Positions 1 through 7,937 of a DNA stretch of 64,000 bases are shown here, one piece after another. Location of the stretch: positions 66,448 through 130,447 of the forward strand of contig LBTB01000006.1 of the NCBI GenBank assembly GCA_000989305.1. Direction: 5' to 3'. Position 1 is the stretch's first letter. Each line of letters begins with the position of its first letter. Made by a program: the position numbers and the translations under genes. Source of the stretch: Candidatus Shapirobacteria bacterium GW2011_GWF2_37_20. GTDB lineage: Bacteria > Patescibacteriota > Microgenomatia > UBA12405. The notes beneath the pieces are model-generated. The model saw only the letters and a list, made by a program, of their open reading frames with translations, was not told where the DNA came from and searched no databases.

Positions 1-200
1 GCAGGATGGTTACAAATCAAAAGAACCCGGTTATTTTTCAAGATTTTTTTAGTGTCATTGGAAACATTGATAGTGAAACTGCGGGAAAGTTTGGTGACAA
101 TAGCTTTAAGGGTCGGAGAAAGACCGTGGTTTTTAAGGTTTTTATTGATAGGCCGAAGGATCTTTCGAACTCCAAAGGTTGAATAAAGTGAGCGGGGCAT
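1..200 (-). CDS. Partial (5' end only) putative PlsC/LPLAT-family acyltransferase
   Basis: Not in ORF track; manual translation from ATG at 200 gives MPRSLYSTFGVRKILRPINKNLKNHGLSPTLKAIVTKLSRSFTINVSNDTKKILKNNRVLLICNHP, running off the window at an 'LLICNHP' motif typical of the NHxxxxD block I; TGcTATAGT -10 element 8 nt upstream. Confidence 0.55.
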   Translation of the reverse strand, partial: MPRSLYSTFGVRKILRPINKNLKNHGLSPTLKAIVTKLSRSFTINVSNDTKKILKNNRVLLICNHP

Positions 201-306
201 GACTTGTTACTATAGCAGAAAAATTGATATCTTGCATTTTCGGGTTTTGTTTGGGTATTATTCTGCCATAAGACAAAAATAGATGCTTCAGTATGGACAA
301 AATAGC

Positions 307-336
307 TTGTAATATAAAGGTATCTTTTGTTACAAT
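307..336 (+). promoter_or_regulatory. Putative sigma70 promoter (TTGTAA-18-TACAAT with extended -10 TG)
   Basis: Near-consensus hexamers at 307-312 and 331-336, TG at 328-329; points into the structured 343-874 region. Confidence 0.45.
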
Positions 337-448
337 GAGTTTGTACATTAACAAACGTTAAAAATAGAAAGCGTTAAGAAGTGAATTACCAATAAGAGCT
401 TTGGCGAGATTCACGGCTTAAGTTCTTTTTATTTTTAGCGGTCGGATA

Positions 449-498
449 CTGAGAAATGAAATAGAAATTAATAATTTAATTTTTGTTTCATTTCTCAG
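449..498 (+). repeat. 23-bp-stem hairpin
   Basis: CTGAGAAATGAAATAGAAATTAA (449-471) pairs with TTAATTTTTGTTTCATTTCTCAG (476-498); the only two non-Watson-Crick positions are G-U wobbles on the + strand. Confidence 0.8.
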
Positions 499-659
499 AT
501 TAGGGGAAAGGGGGTAAAAAAGTTGCGACATTCAAACATAAGGGAAGGAGGATCATCTTGGAAGGATAAAAGTAATACTTTTGTATTGAAAGGGCGTATC
601 GCCAAAAAAAGGGATTATGTTCCAAAAACAAACAAAAATGCCTTTAAAGGAGGCCCAAA

Positions 660-746
660 ATGTTTCAGCAGACAATCAACTCACCACCCATGGCGAATAC
701 CTTCGTTTTTTTGGCTGATTTCAACTTCGGCGTGACTGGCGGATAG
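660..746 (+). CDS. Putative 28-aa small peptide MFQQTINSPPMANTFVFLADFNFGVTGG
   Basis: Strong Shine-Dalgarno AAAGGAGG (646-653) 6 nt before ATG; stop TAG at 744-746 followed by hairpins. No homology recognised. Confidence 0.4.
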   Translation: MFQQTINSPPMANTFVFLADFNFGVTGG

Positions 747-768
747 CCATCCTGAGCGCTTGACGCCT

Positions 769-798
769 AAGAGGATGGGGCATCTGTCCCATCCTCTT
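769..798. repeat. GC-rich hairpin (AAGAGGATGGG...CCCATCCTCTT)
   Basis: 11-bp perfect inverted repeat, extendable with a G-U pair; no immediate U-tract on either strand, so not a textbook terminator. Confidence 0.75.
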
Positions 799-912
799 CT
801 CCGGAGGAGAAAAAACAACAAAACAAAAAAACAACCACAACACCCCACCAACCTAAACAAAATCCGACCGCTAATTCCATTTCCCTAATTATTCTGATAT
901 TCTAATATTCCT

Positions 913-1518
913 ATGGTAACGGAGATAGTGTTTGATATTGAAACAAAAAAAATCTTTGATGATATCGCGGGAAGTAATCCGGCAGACTTGGGAATATCAA
1001 TTGTGTCGATATACAAAAGAGAGCTTGATGATAAATTTAATGAAATATCAGGCGAGATGAAGAGTTTTTTTGAAGAAGATTTTGCCAAAATGTGGGGATT
1101 GTTCTCAAATGTAGACAGAATAATCGGATTTAATACACTTCACTTTGATGTCCCGGCGATAGCGCCCTTGGCCCCTTATGATTTTAAAAAATTAACCCAT
1201 TTTGACATTATGGAACACATAAAAAATTCTTTGGGTTTTCGGCTTAGTTTAAATGCAGTGGCCACTGAAACTTTGGGGCATACAAAAATTGATAATGGTT
1301 TAAACGCGGTATATTACTGGCAGGAACACTCAGAAGAATCTTTGGCTAAATTGAAAAAATACTGTGAAATGGACGTGATGGTGACGAAAGAAGTTTATGA
1401 TTTTGGTTTAAAAAACAAACAACTAAAATATAAAGACAAGTGGAATACGCCCAGAGTTATTGATGTTGATTTTTCCTATCCTAAGGTTGAAATTGCACCA
1501 CAGATGGGATTATTTTAA
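913..1518 (+). CDS. RNase H-like/DnaQ-like (DEDD) exonuclease domain protein (YprB-like)
   Basis: Motifs FDIET, IIGFNTLHFD and YCEMDV match DEDD ExoI-III. Confidence 0.8.
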   Translation: MVTEIVFDIETKKIFDDIAGSNPADLGISIVSIYKRELDDKFNEISGEMKSFFEEDFAKMWGLFSNVDRIIGFNTLHFDVPAIAPLAPYDFKKLTHFDIMEHIKNSLGFRLSLNAVATETLGHTKIDNGLNAVYYWQEHSEESLAKLKKYCEMDVMVTKEVYDFGLKNKQLKYKDKWNTPRVIDVDFSYPKVEIAPQMGLF

Positions 1519-2384
1519 AGAATCTTACTATCCCCATTCAAATCTTTTGACGATTTGTCAAAAACGTAAACGTCGGCTTTGAAATCATCAAGACCAACAA
1601 GTTCGGCTTCACCGCGGAGGACAGACTCAAAGGGACGACAGGCGCGACAACCCTGTTCTCCATTGGGACAATCAAATTTACCTAAAGATTTTTGAAGTTT
1701 CATTCTTTTGGCGATTTTGACAATTTTATCTTGCGACTCCTTTAAATTGGGTAATTTTTTGGGGGATAATTCGTCACTGGAATCAAGATACCAATAAGAA
1801 GCGGCGGTAACTTCCCGATTTTGACAATTTTTAACTAAAAGATGATAGATAGGTAATTGAAGAGAGTCCTCCCCTTCTTCGTGACGACTGGTTTTAAAAT
1901 CGATAATTTCCACACTGTTGGTGTCGGGATAATATTTGAGCCAGTCAATTTTGCCGCAAAGAATTATGTTGTCCTCCTCAGATAGCCAGTAATAGGGCAA
2001 GTCCATGTTGATTTTGACAGCTAATTCTCCCAGTGGACCCGGGTTTTTGACAACCCGGCGAATCATATCCTCGCCCCGAGTTTTATATTTAAATTCAGTT
2101 TCTTTGTCGAAAAATCCACCACTCTTACCGGAAAGTTTTTTCCAGGAACGTTCGAATTTGTCTAAGAGCGGTTCACTAAAGCGAAGATCAGTCTTGATTT
2201 CCGACAGTGATTCAATAACTTCATGAACGGCCTGACCCAAAGCCAGGGGCGGTGACATGAGTTTAATTTTATGGCCGGTTTTAGGATCCTTATATATATT
2301 TTTTAGAAAATAGGCCCGGGGACATTCTAAAAAAGCAGAGATAGAAGAATGGGAAACCCAAAGAGCGGTGTATTTATCGGACAT
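1515..2384 (-). CDS. PD-(D/E)XK nuclease, RecB/AddB/Cas4-like
   Basis: SHSSISAFLECP, GKIDW, IIDFKT, QLPIY motifs; C-terminal C-x6-CxxC plus an N-terminal Cys. Confidence 0.85.
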   Translation of the reverse strand: MSDKYTALWVSHSSISAFLECPRAYFLKNIYKDPKTGHKIKLMSPPLALGQAVHEVIESLSEIKTDLRFSEPLLDKFERSWKKLSGKSGGFFDKETEFKYKTRGEDMIRRVVKNPGPLGELAVKINMDLPYYWLSEEDNIILCGKIDWLKYYPDTNSVEIIDFKTSRHEEGEDSLQLPIYHLLVKNCQNREVTAASYWYLDSSDELSPKKLPNLKESQDKIVKIAKRMKLQKSLGKFDCPNGEQGCRACRPFESVLRGEAELVGLDDFKADVYVFDKSSKDLNGDSKIL

Positions 2385-2458
2385 AAAAATATTATATATA
2401 AATTTCTTGGAAAAATTCGGAATTAAAACAAGACCTAAATTTAGGTTATAATTTAGAC

Positions 2459-3112
2459 ATGATGAGACTAAATAAATTTTTGAGCCAGGCGGGGATGGCG
2501 TCGAGACGCGGGGCGGACAGATTGATTGAGCAGGGATTAGTAACTATAAACGGAAAGGTAGCCAAATTGGGAGAAAAAGTTAGTGGAAAAGAGAAAATAT
2601 TAATAAAAGATCAAACAATAAAATCCATCGAAAAAAAGGAATACATAATGCTATATAAACCGGTAGGGATCGTGTCAACGGCAGACGATGAAAAGGGCCG
2701 ACAAAAGGTGGTAGATTTGGTTAAAACTGACAACAGGTTATATCCCGTGGGACGTTTAGATATTGACTCTGAAGGACTAATTATTTTGACCAACGATGGT
2801 GATTTGGCATTAAAACTTACTCATCCCAAATTTCACATGGAAAAAGAATATGAAGTAACAACAGATAAAGAAATTGCCGGAAGAAGAATAAATACTGGAA
2901 TCAATAAAATAGTAAGGTCGACAAAAAACAAAATGACGATAGTCATGTATGAAGGCAAAAAGAGACAAATCCGAAATATGTGTTGGGAAGCCGGACTTCG
3001 GGTCAGAACACTGAAAAGGGTTAGGATTGGGAGCCTCAATCTTGGAGATCTCCAACCCGGGGAGTATCGAGATTTGACTCCCCGGGAAGTAGCGGCGCTT
3101 AAGCAACTTTAA
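2459..3112 (+). CDS. rRNA pseudouridine synthase, RsuA/RluB family
   Basis: N-terminal S4 domain (RLNKFLS..G.ASRR.AD), YKPVG, catalytic VGRLDIDSEGL, EGKKRQIRNM. Confidence 0.93.
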   Translation: MMRLNKFLSQAGMASRRGADRLIEQGLVTINGKVAKLGEKVSGKEKILIKDQTIKSIEKKEYIMLYKPVGIVSTADDEKGRQKVVDLVKTDNRLYPVGRLDIDSEGLIILTNDGDLALKLTHPKFHMEKEYEVTTDKEIAGRRINTGINKIVRSTKNKMTIVMYEGKKRQIRNMCWEAGLRVRTLKRVRIGSLNLGDLQPGEYRDLTPREVAALKQL

Positions 3113-3506
3113 CTTCGATCTCTTTGGCCTTGGCGGTTTCGGCGATTGATGCCGAGATAGTGATTACACCATCCTTAACTTTGGCCTCAAGACTTTTTGA
3201 GTCTACGGGTCTGGGTAAATAAGTGGTGTATTCAAAGGAAGCGACTTTGTTCCACTGGTGAACAATACGATTGTGCTTCTTTTCCACCTCCTTTTCTTCC
3301 GACCTAGCGGAAACACGAAGAATACCGTCCTCGTATTTAACTTTAATTTTGTCAGGCCTAATGCCTGGGACGGCCGCTTCGACCATAACCTTGTCGCCCT
3401 CCTCGTAGACATTAAGACCGTTGGTCATTTTTATTTCTGGCCATTCGTCTTCATCCCAAAGTAAGGGTTTAAAATCAATTAACGGTTTAAAGGGATAGTA
3501 GTGCAT
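3099..3506 (-). CDS. Hsp20/alpha-crystallin small heat shock protein
   Basis: NVYE...VEAAVPGI, LPRPVD, AKVKDGVITI motifs; AAGGAGG SD upstream. Confidence 0.92.
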   Translation of the reverse strand: MHYYPFKPLIDFKPLLWDEDEWPEIKMTNGLNVYEEGDKVMVEAAVPGIRPDKIKVKYEDGILRVSARSEEKEVEKKHNRIVHQWNKVASFEYTTYLPRPVDSKSLEAKVKDGVITISASIAETAKAKEIEVKVA

Positions 3507-3540
3507 ATATCCTCCTTTTTGATAATTAATTTATAATTAA

Positions 3541-3567
3541 TTAGCAATATAATATAAAGAGTGCTAG
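3541..3567. promoter_or_regulatory. CIRCE-like operator (HrcA site) overlapping the hsp20 promoter
   Basis: TTAGCAATA-N9-GAGTGCTAG versus consensus TTAGCACTC-N9-GAGTGCTAA; on the minus strand TTGACA (3569-3574) lies 17 nt from TATATT (3546-3551). Confidence 0.8.
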
Positions 3568-3606
3568 CTGTCAAGTATTCAAGTGCCAATATGCTATATT
3601 AATTTT

Positions 3607-4419
3607 ATGACAAAAAAAATATGCTTGGTTTTGGGTGGTGGTGGATCAAAGGGACTAGCACACATAGGGGTAATAAAAGCTCTTTGTGAAAACGGATATG
3701 AGATAACTCAAATTGCCGGAACTTCTGCCGGGGCATTAATTGGAGGAGTGTATGCCGCTAATCCAAATTATAAAGAAATGGAAAAAATCATTGAACACAT
3801 AGGTTATGTAGATTTAATAAAACTATTTGTAGACTGGCCGATTAAAAGCGGTTTGGTTAGGGGGCAAAAAATGGAAAAATTTTTAGATAAGATTTGTGGA
3901 CAAAAAAGAATTGAGGATTTGCCGATTAAATTTCGAGCGGTGTGTACCGATATAATTGAAGGAGAAAAATTTGTTTTTTCTCAAGGAAAATTGTCAACAG
4001 CCATTCGGGCTTCATGCGCTATTCCGGCAATATTCTCGCCAATTAAATATGAAGGGAAGGTTTTAATTGATGGTGGAGCTCTTAATCCTATACCGGTATC
4101 TGAAGTAAGTCCCGATAGGGGTGAAAAAATAATTGCGGTGGGGTTATATAGTAAAATTTTTCCAAAAGATTATCAGAAATTGTCAAAGGCTAATTTGTCC
4201 CAGGTTGCCTATGCTTCAATGCAAGTAATGGTGCGCCAACTGTCAATAAATAATTTAGCAGAGGCCGATATTAAAATATTGCCCTTAGTTGATGATGTTA
4301 ATGTGTTGAATTTTGTCAAAACAAAGAAATATATTCAAACAGGTTATGATGCGACCATGAAAATGATGCCGGAAATTGATAAATTATTTGGTGGATTTTT
4401 GCCAAATCTCTTTCGTTAA
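3607..4419 (+). CDS. Patatin-like phospholipase
   Basis: GGGGSKG, GTSAG nucleophile elbow and DGG; start moved to ATG 3607 (TGcTATATT 6 nt upstream). Confidence 0.92.
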   Translation: MTKKICLVLGGGGSKGLAHIGVIKALCENGYEITQIAGTSAGALIGGVYAANPNYKEMEKIIEHIGYVDLIKLFVDWPIKSGLVRGQKMEKFLDKICGQKRIEDLPIKFRAVCTDIIEGEKFVFSQGKLSTAIRASCAIPAIFSPIKYEGKVLIDGGALNPIPVSEVSPDRGEKIIAVGLYSKIFPKDYQKLSKANLSQVAYASMQVMVRQLSINNLAEADIKILPLVDDVNVLNFVKTKKYIQTGYDATMKMMPEIDKLFGGFLPNLFR

Positions 4420-5643
4420 AGGGCCGGTATAAGAGACAACTTGTTTTTGAATATATCCGAGAGAGGAAAGGCGACTTACATAATCAACCCCATGAATTTC
4501 AGAAATATAAGGTAAAACAGTGATTTCAGAAGCTGCAGGGAATTCCAAAGAGAGATTGTGAACTTTAATATCGGGGCGATAATAATTGATGGGGTCAGCG
4601 GCAGAAATAATCATGTAAACGTCTTGGGGTAAGGTGGAAGACATGGTCTTCCAGTCTTCCCGGTGAAAAGAGGGATTGAATAAGTAGAGTAGAGAAAAAA
4701 TAAAAAATACAAAACTATATAATTTATTTTTTTCTAAAATTAAACACAAAAATGGAATTAGATAAAGAAAACGAAAATACTGAAACATAGGGGTAAATAA
4801 TGAGAAAATCATTCCAACGCCCAAACTTATCCAGAAAATAAAAGCCATGGGCCGACTACGAAAAGAATTAATAATTACTTTAAACCAAAGTGGAAGAGTC
4901 ACCAAAAGAGCGATTAAATAATAAGCCCACTTAGGATAAAAAGAGATGCGGCCGATAGTAAATTTGACTAATATTAAGAGAGAATTTTTGGCGGTAACCG
5001 GACCTAAAACTGAAGCCCAGTTTTTGACTGAAACCAGGAGTGTCTTTGAAGTTTGATATTGTAACCAGAGCAAGGGTGACAAAATTAATAGGGATAAAAA
5101 TGGAGCCAGGGAATAGATAAAAAATTGTTTATATTTTTTTTGAAAGAGCCAGTAAAGACTGATGGCGGCAAAGAAAAAAACCGAACCGTAAAAAGTAGAA
5201 AGGGATAAAAAGGTAAAGAGATAATAAAGAAGTAGCTTATGTTTTTTAAAGGCCAGAAAAGCACAAAAAACTAATAGAGTGACCTGTGAATACATTCGTG
5301 CCTCTTGAGAATAATAAAGATAAAGTGGGTTGAGGGCCAGTAAAATTGAGGGGCCAAATCCAAAAAATCGATAAACTAAATATATGGTAATCAGAGAAAA
5401 AATTACTGAAGGCAGTCTGAGGGCTATTTCACTATAACCAAAAACTGAAGTCCAGTCTTTGAGAGTTAAATAAAATAGGGGTGGGTGAAAATCAGAGGGA
5501 GAAAATTTACTGACAATATCGGTATAAGAATAGTTTTTGACTACCTGAGCGGAGATAGCTTCATCCAACCACAAAGATTGGTTGAGAGAAATTAAACGAA
5601 GAGCAAGAGAAAAAAACAAAAGTATAAAAAGTTTCTTGGTCAA
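4384..5643 (-). CDS. GT-C fold (PMT/ArnT-like, GT39/GT83) membrane glycosyltransferase
   Basis: SLWLDEA, HPPLFY, LRLPSV, YSQEARMY motifs with many TM helices; likely TTG start at 5643 with TATAAT 6 nt upstream (ORF track start 5670). Confidence 0.85.
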   Translation of the reverse strand: MTKKLFILLFFSLALRLISLNQSLWLDEAISAQVVKNYSYTDIVSKFSPSDFHPPLFYLTLKDWTSVFGYSEIALRLPSVIFSLITIYLVYRFFGFGPSILLALNPLYLYYSQEARMYSQVTLLVFCAFLAFKKHKLLLYYLFTFLSLSTFYGSVFFFAAISLYWLFQKKYKQFFIYSLAPFLSLLILSPLLWLQYQTSKTLLVSVKNWASVLGPVTAKNSLLILVKFTIGRISFYPKWAYYLIALLVTLPLWFKVIINSFRSRPMAFIFWISLGVGMIFSLFTPMFQYFRFLYLIPFLCLILEKNKLYSFVFFIFSLLYLFNPSFHREDWKTMSSTLPQDVYMIISAADPINYYRPDIKVHNLSLEFPAASEITVLPYISEIHGVDYVSRLSSLGYIQKQVVSYTGPLTKEIWQKSTK

Positions 5644-5717
5644 TGAATTATTATAAACTAGAAATTGCACTCCAATATGTTAGAATGAGAAATACCCGAA
5701 GTAAACCCAAACCTAAT

Positions 5718-6887
5718 ATGAGCAATGAACCATTAGCCGCAATATTAAGACCCAAAAATTTAGACGAATTTGTCGGGCAAAAACATCTTGTAGGAGAGGA
5801 CAAACCTCTAAGAATGGCCATAGAAAGCCATCAAATCTTTTCGATGATTTTCTGGGGTCCTCCAGGAGTGGGTAAAACAACCCTGGCACGAATTATTGCC
5901 AAGGAGGCACAAGCGGAACTTTATGAATTGTCAGCAGTGTCGGCCTCGAAGGACGACATTAAAAAAATTATTGGCAATAGAATTGGTAACCAAACAAATT
6001 TAGTCAAAAAGATTTTATTTTTGGACGAAATTCATCGCTTTAATAAAGCTCAGCAAGATTTTTTGTTACCCTCGGTGGAAACGGGTGCATTGACTCTAAT
6101 CGGAGCCACTACTGAGAACCCAAGTTTTGAGGTGATTGCTCCCCTCTTGTCCCGTTGCCGGGTATTTGTGTTAAATGAGTTGAGCGAAAAAGAAGTGGGA
6201 GAAATTATCGAGAGAAGCTTAAAGATATTAAAAATGAAAATGACAAAATCGGCCAAGGAATGGTTGATTAACATGGCTAATGGCGATGCCAGACAAGCGA
6301 TTACCATGATCGATAATGCTCACACCCTGTATGGGAATTTAAAAATCGAAAGTTTGAAAAACGCTCTACAAAATTCGTATTTACGTTTTGATAAAAAGGG
6401 CGAAGAACACTACAACACTATTTCGGCATTTATAAAATCGATGAGAGCCAGTAATGTCGATGCCTCGCTTTATTATCTGGCAAGAATGGTAGCCGCAGGT
6501 GAAGATCCAAAGTTTATAGCGAGAAGAATGGTGGTGTTTGCATCGGAAGATATAGGACTGGCTTCTTCATCGGCCTTATTAGTAGCCAATGCAGTCTTTC
6601 GAGCCGTGGAAACTATCGGCTATCCGGAGTGTCAGGAAAATTTAGCCCATGGGGTGGCCTATTTGGCTAAATGTCCCAAAGACAGATCGGCCTATAACGC
6701 CTTCATGAGTGCCCTCAAAGATGTCCAAACTTACGGCAATCTTCCTATTCCCCTATCTATTCTCAATCCTGTAACTTCTTTGATGAAAGACCTCGGCTAT
6801 GGCAAAGATTATGACAAGTACACCAAAGAATCTTTGCTGCCGGAAAAATTAAAAAATAAAAAATATTTTAGGGGGAAGAAAAAATAA
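5718..6887 (+). CDS. rarA: Replication-associated recombination protein A (MgsA/RarA)
   Basis: PLAAILRP, GPPGVGKT, LFLDEIHRFNKAQQD, ISAFIKSMR, ASEDIG; start placed at MSNEPLA. Confidence 0.95.
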   Translation: MSNEPLAAILRPKNLDEFVGQKHLVGEDKPLRMAIESHQIFSMIFWGPPGVGKTTLARIIAKEAQAELYELSAVSASKDDIKKIIGNRIGNQTNLVKKILFLDEIHRFNKAQQDFLLPSVETGALTLIGATTENPSFEVIAPLLSRCRVFVLNELSEKEVGEIIERSLKILKMKMTKSAKEWLINMANGDARQAITMIDNAHTLYGNLKIESLKNALQNSYLRFDKKGEEHYNTISAFIKSMRASNVDASLYYLARMVAAGEDPKFIARRMVVFASEDIGLASSSALLVANAVFRAVETIGYPECQENLAHGVAYLAKCPKDRSAYNAFMSALKDVQTYGNLPIPLSILNPVTSLMKDLGYGKDYDKYTKESLLPEKLKNKKYFRGKKK

Positions 6888-6908
6888 CAATTTGATTAAA
6901 AACAAACC

Positions 6909-7370
6909 ATGAGAAATAATGACAAAAAGTTTTTAAGAAAAGCTGTCGACCAAGCAAAAAAGTCAGTCGAATTAGGAGGTTTTCCAGCCGGAGCAGTGGT
7001 AGTAAAGAATGGAAAAATAATTTCCAAAGGAGTGAGTTTGGGAAATATCCTCCATGATCCAACTAGTCATGCAGAAACTTCATCAATGAGAGAAGCATGT
7101 AAAAAACTTAAGGGTTACTTGGAGGGAGCTACTTTATATGCGTCCTTAGAGCCTTGTCTAATGTGTTTTGAAGCGAGCAATTGGACAGGAGTTTCAAAAA
7201 TTGTTTATGGGTGTAAAAAGACAGAGGAAATGGCAAAAAAGAATTACTATGAAGGAGTAAATGAGATCAGAAAAATAAACAAAAAGAACAATAGGCAAAT
7301 CGAATTAAAATATATACCCGATTTCGAAAAAGAAATGTTGACACTTGTTAAAAAATGGGAAAGTAAATGA
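6909..7370 (+). CDS. Zn-dependent nucleoside/nucleobase deaminase (TadA/guanine deaminase-like)
   Basis: DPTSHAE and EPCLMC motifs. Confidence 0.88.
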   Translation: MRNNDKKFLRKAVDQAKKSVELGGFPAGAVVVKNGKIISKGVSLGNILHDPTSHAETSSMREACKKLKGYLEGATLYASLEPCLMCFEASNWTGVSKIVYGCKKTEEMAKKNYYEGVNEIRKINKKNNRQIELKYIPDFEKEMLTLVKKWESK

Positions 7371-7687
7371 AACAAGCTCCCGGGAAGTTTAGTAAAAAGG
7401 TAATTGAATTGGCACTGGAAATTCCGGAAGGCAGAGTAACAACTTATGGCTTATTGGCAGTGGCCGCAGGAGGACATCCAATATTGGCGCAAATGATTAC
7501 CAGTATTTTATGGAGAAGTGTAGAGAGGGAAAAAGTACCTTGGCACAGAATTGTTTATAGTAGTGGCAAGATTTGGACTGACCCAAAGGTCGATAAAATC
7601 CGCCAAAAACTTTATAAAGCAGAAGGGATAAAACTAGACAAGAATAATCGAATTATAGATTTTGAAAAGTTAGTTTATACTTTTTAA
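7367..7687 (+). CDS. Alkyltransferase-like protein (ATL; MGMT fold with Trp replacing catalytic Cys)
   Basis: IPEGRVTTYG HTH and PWHRI in place of PCHRV. Confidence 0.85.
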   Translation: MKQAPGKFSKKVIELALEIPEGRVTTYGLLAVAAGGHPILAQMITSILWRSVEREKVPWHRIVYSSGKIWTDPKVDKIRQKLYKAEGIKLDKNNRIIDFEKLVYTF

Positions 7688-7688
7688 A

Positions 7689-7937
7689 ATGTATTTTGTT
7701 TATATTTTGCAATGTAATGACAATACTCTGTACACAGGAGTTACTACTGACTTGGAGAGGCGGGTTAAAGAGCATAATGATTTAAAATTAGGAGCAAAAT
7801 ACACCAAAATAAGACGACCGGTGAAACTCGTTTACTCTAAAGAATTTGCTGACAGATCGACAGCCATGATCGAAGAGGCTAGAATAAAAAAATTAAACAG
7901 AAATGAAAAATTAGAAATAATTGAAAATAATTTATGA
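7689..7937 (+). CDS. Stand-alone GIY-YIG endonuclease (UPF0213-like)
   Basis: YFVYILQC..TLYTGVTTDLERR..EHN, GAKYT, E..IK. Confidence 0.92.
   Translation: MYFVYILQCNDNTLYTGVTTDLERRVKEHNDLKLGAKYTKIRRPVKLVYSKEFADRSTAMIEEARIKKLNRNEKLEIIENNL

Larger units (their letters stand above)
435..874 (+). ncRNA. Candidate structured RNA/element closed by a 13-bp perfect inverted repeat
   Basis: TTAGCGGTCGGAT (435-447) is the exact reverse complement of ATCCGACCGCTAA (862-874); internal hairpins at 449-498, 729-767 and 769-798. Family not recognised. Confidence 0.35.

Noticed and set aside
523-735. 70-aa TTG-start ORF from the track
   Set aside because: No motif and a weak start; it overlaps the better-supported SD-led ORF at 660-746 in another frame.
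435-874. tmRNA, RNase P, SRP or retron msr-msd identity for the structured element
   Set aside because: CCACCA at 845-850 has no preceding T-arm; no GAGGAAAGUCC or SRP core motif was found; no reverse transcriptase gene lies in the window.
1515-2384. CRISPR-Cas locus around the Cas4-like nuclease
   Set aside because: No repeat-spacer array or other cas genes were seen anywhere in the window.
6909-7937. Alternative genetic code (UGA recoded)
   Set aside because: TGA ends genes at expected lengths in ATGA overlaps (7368-7370, 7935-7937) and conserved genes translate fully with code 11.
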